DNA of 48,434 nucleotides, taken from positions 1-48,434 of the forward strand of contig JAWOBF010000070.1 in assembly GCA_046498225.1 (NCBI GenBank). Direction: 5' to 3'. Source of the DNA: Candidatus Aegiribacteria sp. (GTDB lineage Bacteria; Fermentibacterota; Fermentibacteria; Fermentibacterales; JCC-6). The notes beneath the pieces are model-generated. The model made no database searches. It had not been told where the DNA came from and saw nothing but the letters and a program-made list of their open reading frames with translations. The stretch's first letter is position 1, and the number at the start of each line of letters is the position of its first letter. Both the position numbers and the translations under genes were made by a program. Shown piece after piece: positions 38,158 through 46,132 of this stretch.

Positions 38158-39666
38158 CTACCTGCTGGTGGCCCTTACCCTTTCCTCCTGGCTCATGGAC
38201 GCAAGCTCCTCGACCCGGTCCTCGTCCAGGCCGAGACCGCGGGCAACCATCCTTCCGTACTCCTCGTCCGCCTTCCAGAAAAGAGCCGTCTGCCGGAGCT
38301 GTATCCGCCGCACCGCGTTGCCCAGATGGCCCGTGATGTTGCTTACGAGATTCTTCCGGGCCGTATCGCTCATGACCTTTCGGTAAAGGTCACCTGCCTG
38401 CACGAAATCGTCATCCACAAGCTCGACGGTATGTCTTTCCGCAGTACCGGTCACGTCCACCGGAGGCAGCGGTCTGGAGGCGTCGGGGTCGGGGCCTCCG
38501 AAGGAGTTCGGCCAGTAGTTGGGGCCGCTTCCCCCGTTGTCGTCCACCCTCATAGCGCCGTCACGCTGATAGTTGGCGGTCTCCATCCCCTTTGGCCGGT
38601 TCACCGGGATGAGATGGTAGTTCGAACCCAGGCGGTGCCGATGGGTGTCGGGATAGGCGAAGATCCTGGCCTGGAACATCTTGTCGAAGGAGGGGCCCAT
38701 GCCCGGAACGAGGTTCCCCGGAGAGAACGCCGCCTGTTCCACGTCCGCGAAGTAGTTTTCCGGGTTCCTGTTGAGGACCATCCTTCCCAGCGGCATCACG
38801 GGGAAGTCCCCGTGGGGCCAGACCTTTGTGACGTCGAAGGGATCGAACCTGAAATCCTTCGCCTGCTCGGGGGTCATTATCTGTACCTGAACGCTCCAGG
38901 AGGGATGGTCTCCCTTCTCGATGGACTGGAAGAGGTCCCTGGTGGAGAAGTCCGGGTCCACCCCCCGCATGCTGTCGGCTTCTCCGCCGGTGAAGTTGTC
39001 TATGCCCTGGTCCGTCTTGAAATGGATCTTCACCCAGTTGTACTCGCCCTTCTCATTGTACCACATGTAGGCATGGCCGCCGTAGCCGTTCATGTGCCTG
39101 TGCCCCCTGGGAGTTCCCCGGTCGGAGAAGAGAATGGTGACCTGGTGGATGGATTCCGGTGTAAGGGATAGGAAATCCCAGAACATGTCGGGGTCCTTGA
39201 GATTGGTTTCGGGGTCCCTCTTCTGCGTGTGGATGAAGTCCGGGAACTTCATGGCGTCCCGAATGAAGAAGACGGGTGTATTGTTCCCCACCATGTCGAA
39301 GTTGCCCTCCTCCGTGTAGAACTTCACCGCGAACCCCCTGGGGTCCCTCTCGGTGTCGGCCGAACCCTTCTCTCCGCCAACAGTGGAGAAACGGGCGAAG
39401 AGCTCGGTTCTCTTTCCCACCTCCGAGAGGAACCTGGCGCAGGTGTACTTCGACAGGTCATTGGTTACCTCGAAATACCCGAACGCGCCTGCTCCCTTGG
39501 CGTGGACAACCCTCTCCGGTATCCTCTCCCTGGTGAAGTGGGCAAGCTTCTCCACCAGGTGAACGTCCTGAATGAGAACGGGTCCGGTGCTCCCCGCGGT
39601 CGTGGAGGTCAGGTCGTCCTCCACGGGTATTCCCGAGTTGGTGGTGAACTTCTCGTTCTTTTTCAC
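38158..39666 (-). CDS. katA: Monofunctional heme catalase (small-subunit type)
   Basis: [46 protein letters not shown] (proximal Tyr). Confidence 0.97.
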   Translation of the reverse strand: MKKNEKFTTNSGIPVEDDLTSTTAGSTGPVLIQDVHLVEKLAHFTRERIPERVVHAKGAGAFGYFEVTNDLSKYTCARFLSEVGKRTELFARFSTVGGEKGSADTERDPRGFAVKFYTEEGNFDMVGNNTPVFFIRDAMKFPDFIHTQKRDPETNLKDPDMFWDFLSLTPESIHQVTILFSDRGTPRGHRHMNGYGGHAYMWYNEKGEYNWVKIHFKTDQGIDNFTGGEADSMRGVDPDFSTRDLFQSIEKGDHPSWSVQVQIMTPEQAKDFRFDPFDVTKVWPHGDFPVMPLGRMVLNRNPENYFADVEQAAFSPGNLVPGMGPSFDKMFQARIFAYPDTHRHRLGSNYHLIPVNRPKGMETANYQRDGAMRVDDNGGSGPNYWPNSFGGPDPDASRPLPPVDVTGTAERHTVELVDDDFVQAGDLYRKVMSDTARKNLVSNITGHLGNAVRRIQLRQTALFWKADEEYGRMVARGLGLDEDRVEELASMSQEERVRATSR

Positions 39667-39690
39667 TTTCGTCTCCTTTCCTGCTCTATG

Positions 39691-41202
39691 TCAGTTTCCG
39701 TACAGTCTTCCGCTGCTGAACAGAGGGTCGGAAGTCGCGTTTACGCCCAGGGTGCGAAGTCCGCTCTCGTCGCCCGAGGAGGGCATGTGGGTGAGGTGTG
39801 CCTGACAGTCCCTCAGATTCGGCAGCATTTCCATTCCCCGCAGGGCCGGCGGGAATGAGGCGGCGTTGACGCTGAGGGCCACGAGAACTTCCTCGAGGTC
39901 CAGCTGCAGAGGGGCGCTTCCCACCGCCTTCTTGAGGCTCCTTATGGAATCAATGGTCGCGGGGGAAAGGAGGTGCGTCCCGTCGCTGATGCCAGCCTCC
40001 TTCTTGATGGCGTTGAGGACGGCGGCCGCCGGCGAGCGCATCAGCTGGGAGCTTCTGCCGGTTATCACCGAACCGTCCCTGAGCATCAGCGCCATGGCGG
40101 TAGCGCTCTCCCCCCCGGAATTCGAGGCGGTACCTTCCAGGGATTCCCTGGCGGGGCGAACCACCGGACGGTCCTCGGGTTCCAGCCCGTAATCGTCCAT
40201 GAGGAGCTCCACTCTCTGGACCGTGTCTCTCTCGGAGAGACCCATGACGTATTCGCAGCTGTAGCGGAAGTACCTCCTGATGATTTCCTGCTCGGCAGCC
40301 TTTCGGACCACGCGGTCGTCGATTATGCCGAAACCCGCCCTGTTGACCCCCATTTCTGTGGGAGAGGCGTAGGTGGAACCCTCTCCGGTTATCTTCTCCA
40401 GTATTCGCCGCAGCAGGGGGAAGGCGTCCACGTCGCGGTTATAGTTGATGGCGGTTTTCCCGCGTGCCTCCAGGTGGTAGGGGTCCACGAGGTTGAAGTC
40501 CTCCAGGTCGGCCGTGGCTGCCTCGTACGCTGCGTTAACCGGGTGCGACAGGGGAAGGTTCCATATGGGAAAAGTCTCGAACTTCGCGTATCCGGCCTGT
40601 TCTCCCCTCCGGTGATCATGGTAGAGCTGGGAGAGGCATGTGGCCAGTTTTCCGCTGCCCGGACCGGGGCCGGTCACCACCACCAGGGGTTTCGTGGGCT
40701 TTACGTAGTCGTTCCTTCCGTAGCCCTCCCGGCTGACTATCAGGTCCACGTCGGTGGGGTACCCCTTCGTGTAGTAGTGCCTGAAGACTTCCACCCCCCT
40801 TCTGCGGAGCCTGTTCTCGAAGGTGACGGCGGACGGCTGGTCCTCGAACCTGGTTATCACCACCCCCCGAAGCCGAATGCCCCGTGACCTGAAACCGTCT
40901 ATGAGCATGAGGGCGTCGGCGTCGTAGGTGATTCCGAAATCCCCCCTTATCTTCCTCTTCTCTATGTCTCCGGCGTATATGCAGAGAACTATCTCCGCCC
41001 TGTCGCGGAGCCTCTCCAGAAGGCTTATCTTCACATTGGGGTCGTAACCTGGAAGGACCCTGGCGGCATGGTAGTCGTACATCAGCTTTCCGCCGAATTC
41101 AAGATAGAGCCGGCCCCTGCAGGACTCCACTCTCTCCAGTATCTCCCTGGACTGCTCCTCCAGGTAGAGGCGGTTGTCGAACCCCGGCGTCAGCTCCCGC
41201 AT
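39691..41202 (-). CDS. DUF1846 family protein
   Basis: LYLEFGGKL, HAARVLPG, GPGPGSGKLATCLSQLYH, YAKFETFP, NYNRD, PTEMGVNRAG. Confidence 0.9.
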   Translation of the reverse strand: MRELTPGFDNRLYLEEQSREILERVESCRGRLYLEFGGKLMYDYHAARVLPGYDPNVKISLLERLRDRAEIVLCIYAGDIEKRKIRGDFGITYDADALMLIDGFRSRGIRLRGVVITRFEDQPSAVTFENRLRRRGVEVFRHYYTKGYPTDVDLIVSREGYGRNDYVKPTKPLVVVTGPGPGSGKLATCLSQLYHDHRRGEQAGYAKFETFPIWNLPLSHPVNAAYEAATADLEDFNLVDPYHLEARGKTAINYNRDVDAFPLLRRILEKITGEGSTYASPTEMGVNRAGFGIIDDRVVRKAAEQEIIRRYFRYSCEYVMGLSERDTVQRVELLMDDYGLEPEDRPVVRPARESLEGTASNSGGESATAMALMLRDGSVITGRSSQLMRSPAAAVLNAIKKEAGISDGTHLLSPATIDSIRSLKKAVGSAPLQLDLEEVLVALSVNAASFPPALRGMEMLPNLRDCQAHLTHMPSSGDESGLRTLGVNATSDPLFSSGRLYGN

Positions 41203-41239
41203 TCCGGCATCATCTTCAGGACGGAGGCGCGACCGCGGA

Positions 41240-43519
41240 TCACCTTACTACAAGGGCCCGCGTTACAGCTGACCCGCCCGGGGTTTCCAGCCTCAGCAGG
41301 TACATGCCGCTGGCCAGACCGCTGCCCGGGTCCCACTGCACGGAGAGGGAACCCTCCTCCACCCGGCCCCGGAAGACCGATTCCACCATTCTTCCGGAAA
41401 CGTCGTAGACCGCAAGGTGAGCCTGTCCGCCTCCGGGAACGGAGATGACCACCGAGGCGGAGCTGAAGACCGGGTTGGGACACGGGCTGCTGATGCTGAG
41501 GTCCTGTCCCGGAGCCTCGTCTTCCTCAAGGCCCTCCCCTATCAGCACGGACGCTATATCGTAACGGTAATCGTGCTTCCACGCGCCTATGTGAACCGTT
41601 CCGCTGGACGGGACTTCTATGCCTATCGTTACCTGGCCGGACGCGTCGGTGGTCCCCTCCTCGTAGAAGGTCATGCCTTCGCCGTAGTTGTCCACCCCGT
41701 CGGTCAGGGTCACGTTCACGCCCTCCACGGGAGATCCGCCGTCGGTAACCGTTATGAGAATGTCCTGACCGCCGGGAAGGATGTTGTCCGGATGGGAAAT
41801 CTGGAGTTCTCCCGGAAGGCCGGCGGTGTCGAAGGTCCAGACGTCCATGGCCGGGTCGCCGAACCACAGGTACATCCTGGAATTGGTTATTCCCAGGCTT
41901 CCATGCTGGTTGATGGTATAGGCTGTTGCCGCCATGACGGCCTCGGTGACCCTGAATATCCCGGTGTCGTAGAGGGCTATGTATATCTGCTTCATGTAGT
42001 CGTGGTTGGGTATTGTATAAGAACTGGAGTTGGCGCCCAGGTTTCCGCTGGCCCCGCATTCCGACCACTGCCAGGCCTCGCTTATGCTCATGGTGGGGTA
42101 CTGGTAGAGACCGTTCAGGCAGGCGATGTTGAAGACCGGCGGCATGAAGGAATTGGTCAGGTTGAGTATGTCCCCGGCAACCCATCCCGGCAACCACTGC
42201 CAGCAGTAGTACTGTCCATGTCCCCGGTAGCCCACGGTTCCCGTGCCGGCGTTGATGAGGTCCTTCAGGTCGTCCTTCGTGGCGCCCTCGGGAGGGAACA
42301 GCAGCGAGAAGGTGATGTCGCACAGATCGTAATTATACGACGCCACCTGGTTGCAGCAGAGGGTATACTTGTAGGGATAATCCTCCTCGTGCGCAGCCAG
42401 GACCGTCTGGCTGGGGATAATTCCCGGCGTGTTGCCCCGGCTGAAATCGTAGTCCATGTATCCGTCCAGTATCTTGCCCACCTGGTTGACAACCTTCGCG
42501 GAATCGCCGGTGATGCGGCCCACCGCCAGGTCCGCGTAGAAGTCCCCGTCCATGAGGGAGTAGTAGTAATCGCCCACGAAGGAGCCGTAGTTGTAGGAGG
42601 GGAGTTCATCGTGGGTGCCCACAATGCAGACGAATCGGGTCACGCCGGTCTGATAGTGTCCGAGAATGAGGCTCTTTATCTGGCCGGTGGTCGCGGGAGA
42701 GGCAAGGGTTTCCACCCTGGTCCGAAGCCCCAGGTAGTGATGGGTCTGGAAGAGGTCCGACACCCAGTCCACATTATCCTCGGTGCAGACGAACATGTAC
42801 TCCACTCCGTCGTCGCGGACTCCGCCCTGCGCCGCCGCACTGAATTCACTCCAGTTGATGACCGACCGCTCCATGGCAGGGACCATGGCGGGGTTCACCG
42901 GTTGGGACAGTGCCGAAGCGCTTCCCTGGAAATCGACCCTGACCACGATGCTGCTAACGGCTTCCAGCGTTCCCGTCATGGGGTGGAACCTGAGAGGATT
43001 GACCACCAGTCTTGCGATGTTCAGCCCGGACCAGGAGCCCTCCTGATCCACCGCGGCCCATGAGGCCGGGTGAACCTCGTCGCCGCGGTAGAAGTCCCCG
43101 TCAATCACGAAGGGGTAGGGGGCGTGGGGCATGTCTATCTCGGGGGTCTGCCGGGGAAGGATTTCCATGTCGCGGTAGACGGTGGAGGTAACCTCCTCCA
43201 CGGTGACAACCGCCTCGGTTCCAAAAGGAAGGGCGAACAGCCGGGTAACGGATGGAAGTTCGGGAAGGCCTGTTTCTCCCTGGGGGAAGCATTCGGGTAT
43301 TTCCACCCTATGCCACGTTCTGCCGCCGGCGGGATGGTCGTACAGGTAGAAACCGGGCAAATCCACCCGGATAACCATATGGTCCGTTCCCGATTCAAGC
43401 AGGGTGACACCAGGGGATTCACCCGCCGGGCCTTCGAAGGACTGCCAGCTGGATATACTCGCGGGGCCGGCGGACAGAGCCGCCGTGAAAACAACCAGTA
43501 AAATCAGAAAGGGCTTCAT
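41240..43519 (-). CDS. Gingipain-like C25 cysteine peptidase 1 (signal peptide, propeptide, catalytic, Ig-like, T9SS-type CTD)
   Basis: G.PELP propeptide, VGR, YRGHG (His), NIACLNG (Cys), FGDP, CTD PNP...YDVSGR...SGMYLLR. Confidence 0.88.
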   Translation of the reverse strand: MKPFLILLVVFTAALSAGPASISSWQSFEGPAGESPGVTLLESGTDHMVIRVDLPGFYLYDHPAGGRTWHRVEIPECFPQGETGLPELPSVTRLFALPFGTEAVVTVEEVTSTVYRDMEILPRQTPEIDMPHAPYPFVIDGDFYRGDEVHPASWAAVDQEGSWSGLNIARLVVNPLRFHPMTGTLEAVSSIVVRVDFQGSASALSQPVNPAMVPAMERSVINWSEFSAAAQGGVRDDGVEYMFVCTEDNVDWVSDLFQTHHYLGLRTRVETLASPATTGQIKSLILGHYQTGVTRFVCIVGTHDELPSYNYGSFVGDYYYSLMDGDFYADLAVGRITGDSAKVVNQVGKILDGYMDYDFSRGNTPGIIPSQTVLAAHEEDYPYKYTLCCNQVASYNYDLCDITFSLLFPPEGATKDDLKDLINAGTGTVGYRGHGQYYCWQWLPGWVAGDILNLTNSFMPPVFNIACLNGLYQYPTMSISEAWQWSECGASGNLGANSSSYTIPNHDYMKQIYIALYDTGIFRVTEAVMAATAYTINQHGSLGITNSRMYLWFGDPAMDVWTFDTAGLPGELQISHPDNILPGGQDILITVTDGGSPVEGVNVTLTDGVDNYGEGMTFYEEGTTDASGQVTIGIEVPSSGTVHIGAWKHDYRYDIASVLIGEGLEEDEAPGQDLSISSPCPNPVFSSASVVISVPGGGQAHLAVYDVSGRMVESVFRGRVEEGSLSVQWDPGSGLASGMYLLRLETPGGSAVTRALVVR

Positions 43520-43582
43520 GATAATTCAACTCCGGGTTTAAGGGATAGCGGCACTTTTCGGTCTGACAACACTGACAGGAGT

Positions 43583-43679
43583 CTAACCGTTCCACTGCGG
43601 GCCGGTCAAGTATTGATGCTGTCCATGATAGAAAAAGGCGGACCCGAAGGCCCGCCTTTCATGTAGTACGCTGATGAAC
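43583..43679. repeat. Duplicated intergenic module (promoter + terminator), copy A
   Basis: Near-identical to 46036-46132 (offset 2453). Confidence 0.9.
43632..43659 (-). terminator. Intrinsic terminator after C25 peptidase 2
   Basis: Minus strand AAAGGCGGGCC-TTCG-GGTCCGCC-TTTTT (cUUCGg tetraloop). Confidence 0.88.
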
Positions 43680-45980
43680 CTAGCGGATGACCATAGCCTG
43701 CCGAGTGAGGGTCCCGCCTTCGGCGGTCAGCCTGATGAAGTAGACTCCGCTGGCGATGCCGCCGGCGGGGGTCCACTGGAGGGAGTGGCTGCCCGCCTCG
43801 ACCGAACCGTCCATAATGGTTTCCACTATGCGGCCGGAAACGTCGTAGACGGCTATTTCCGCCCTGCCGCTCTCGGGGACGCTGAACCCGATGGAGGCGT
43901 TTTCCGTCACCGGGTTGGGGAAGACCCTGTCGAGGGAGAAAACGGGCGCCGGAGCTTCCGAACCGGCCACGCCGGTGCCGACCACCGCTGTGGAAATATC
44001 GTACCAGTAGTCATGCTTGTAGGCGCCGAAATATACCTCGCCGGTGGTGGGAACGGTCACGTTGATCGTGGCCTGTCCGGAGGCGTTGGTGGTTCCCTCC
44101 TCGTAGCAGGTCATGCCGCCGCCGTAGTTGTCCACCCCGTCGGTGATCGTTACGTTGGCTCCCTCCACCGGAGAACCATCGGCGGTGACCGTGACGGTAA
44201 TGTCCTGGTTGCCCGGCGCCAGGCTGGGGGGATGTGACAGGGACAGTCCGTAGGGTTCATCGAGTTCGTCGAAGGTCCAGATGTCCATGGCCGGGTCGCC
44301 GAACCAGATGTACATCTTGGCGTTGGCGATGCCGATGGACCCGTGTATTCCAATGGTTGTCACCGAGGCGGCATTTGTGACCTCGGTAACCCGGTAATTG
44401 CCGTAGTCGTACATCTCCTTGTAGATCTCCTTGATGTAGTCGTGATTGGGATAGGTGTACGAAGGGTCTGTGGCGCCCAGGTTGCCGCTTGAGCCGGCTT
44501 CAGCCCACTGCCAGGCCTCCGAAAGGCAAGTGCCTGCTCCGGTGTAGTCGCCGTTGAGGCAGGCGATGTTGAACACGGGGGGCATGAAGGTGTTGGTGAG
44601 GGCGTTGATGTTGGTGGCGTTCCAGCCGGGGGACCAGGTCCAGTAGGTGACGTCCCCGTGGCCCCTGTATGTTACCGTTCCGATGCTGTTGTCTATGCCG
44701 TCGGACACCATTGCGGCGGTGCCTCCCACCGGCGGGAACACTCCGGTGGGCAGGAAGTCGACGAGGCTGTAGGGGTAGGCGGCCAGCTCGTTCATGCACT
44801 GGGTGTACTTGCCGGGGAACTGTTCCCCGTGGGCCGCCAGAATGGCTCTGCTGGGAGTTACGCCGGTGGTGAGCCCGTCATCGAAGCCGTACTCCATGTA
44901 TCCGCTTATGATCTTGTCCACCTGGTGCTCTATCTGGGCCTGAGTGCCGGTGAGCCTTCCCACGCCCAGCTCGGCGTATACATCCGGGGCGCCATCTATA
45001 CAGCCGTACCAGTAGTCGCCCTCATAGCCGCTCCAGGTGTAGGACGGAAGTTCGCTGTGAGTTCCGACTATGCAGGCGAACCTGGTCACTCCGTCGGTGT
45101 AATTGTCAGTTATGGCGGCCTTTATCTGTGCGCTTGTAGCTGGGGTCGAAAGAGTCTCCACCCTGGTGCGCAGCCCCAGGTAATGGTGTGTCTGGAAGAG
45201 TTCGGCCACCCAGTCGGCGCTGTTCTCGGTGCAGACGAACACGTACTCCACGCCGTCGTCCCTTGTGCCCTCCAGGGGAGTCGCCGCGGCCTCGAACACG
45301 TCCCAGTTGAGGATGTTCCTCTCCATGGCCGGAACCATGGAGGGGTTGACCGGATTCGCCGGGGTGGACGCAGAACCCTGGAAATCGACCCGTACTACCA
45401 TGCTGCCGGCGACCTCGAGGGTTCCGGTGGCGGGGCTGTAGCTGAAGGGCGTTACAACAAGCCTCGATACGTTGAGTCCCGACCAGGCGCCCCGGTTGTC
45501 TATGCTCGCCCAGGCGCCGGGGTACTCCCCGTCGCTCCGGTAGAATTCTTCATTCATCACGAAGGGGTAGGGGGCGTGTGCCATGTCCACCTCGGGGGTC
45601 TGCCGGGGAAGGACTCGCATGTCGCTGTAGACGGTGGAGGAGACTTCCTCCACGGTGACGACCGCCTCGGTGCCGAATGGCAGGGCGAACATCTCGGTTA
45701 TCGAAGGAAGGGCCGGAAGCCCCACTTCGCCCTGGGGGTAGCATTCGGGAAGGGACACCACGTTCCAGACGTCCCCGTCGGCGGGTCTCTGGTCGAGGTT
45801 GAATCCCCGAAGGGATATCTCCAGGACCATGTGGTCCTGGTCGGACTCCAGCAGGGTCACGGCGGGTGCCTCCCCCTCGGCCCCCCCGAAGGACTGCCAG
45901 CTGTTGACGTTTCCGGCTCCGGCCGAGAACGCTGAAGCGGCGATAACGAACGCGCAGAGCATCAATTTCATGGTTTTCAT
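43680..45980 (-). CDS. Gingipain-like C25 cysteine peptidase 2 (start may be 45971)
   Basis: Same architecture: YRGHG, NIACLNG, FGDP, CTD FPNP...YDVSGR...SGVYFIRL. Confidence 0.88.
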   Translation of the reverse strand: MKTMKLMLCAFVIAASAFSAGAGNVNSWQSFGGAEGEAPAVTLLESDQDHMVLEISLRGFNLDQRPADGDVWNVVSLPECYPQGEVGLPALPSITEMFALPFGTEAVVTVEEVSSTVYSDMRVLPRQTPEVDMAHAPYPFVMNEEFYRSDGEYPGAWASIDNRGAWSGLNVSRLVVTPFSYSPATGTLEVAGSMVVRVDFQGSASTPANPVNPSMVPAMERNILNWDVFEAAATPLEGTRDDGVEYVFVCTENSADWVAELFQTHHYLGLRTRVETLSTPATSAQIKAAITDNYTDGVTRFACIVGTHSELPSYTWSGYEGDYWYGCIDGAPDVYAELGVGRLTGTQAQIEHQVDKIISGYMEYGFDDGLTTGVTPSRAILAAHGEQFPGKYTQCMNELAAYPYSLVDFLPTGVFPPVGGTAAMVSDGIDNSIGTVTYRGHGDVTYWTWSPGWNATNINALTNTFMPPVFNIACLNGDYTGAGTCLSEAWQWAEAGSSGNLGATDPSYTYPNHDYIKEIYKEMYDYGNYRVTEVTNAASVTTIGIHGSIGIANAKMYIWFGDPAMDIWTFDELDEPYGLSLSHPPSLAPGNQDITVTVTADGSPVEGANVTITDGVDNYGGGMTCYEEGTTNASGQATINVTVPTTGEVYFGAYKHDYWYDISTAVVGTGVAGSEAPAPVFSLDRVFPNPVTENASIGFSVPESGRAEIAVYDVSGRIVETIMDGSVEAGSHSLQWTPAGGIASGVYFIRLTAEGGTLTRQAMVIR

Positions 45981-46035
45981 CTCCCTGTAGTTGGATCATT
46001 GGAAAGGCACGCATATGAATAACGCAGAAATGATA

Positions 46036-46132
46036 CTAACCGTTCCCCTGCGGGCCGGTCAAGTACCGATGAGGTCCATGATAGAAAAAGGCGGACCCGA
46101 AGGCCCGCCTTTCATGTAGTGCGCTGATGAAC
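46036..46132. repeat. Duplicated intergenic module, copy B
   Basis: Near-identical to 43583-43679. Confidence 0.9.
46085..46112 (-). terminator. Intrinsic terminator after C25 peptidase 3
   Basis: Identical hairpin to 43632-43659. Confidence 0.88.

Noticed and set aside
38735..38750. TGTTCCACGT in catalase as a possible parS
   Set aside because: Half-site only.
41417..43063. 548-aa plus-strand ORF and similar ORFs opposite the other C25 genes
   Set aside because: Antisense shadows; they repeat only because the sense genes are paralogs.
43583..46132. Repeated spacers as CRISPR, attC or IS ends
   Set aside because: Only two copies, continuous with paralogous genes and explained by terminator plus promoter; no cas, integrase or transposase.
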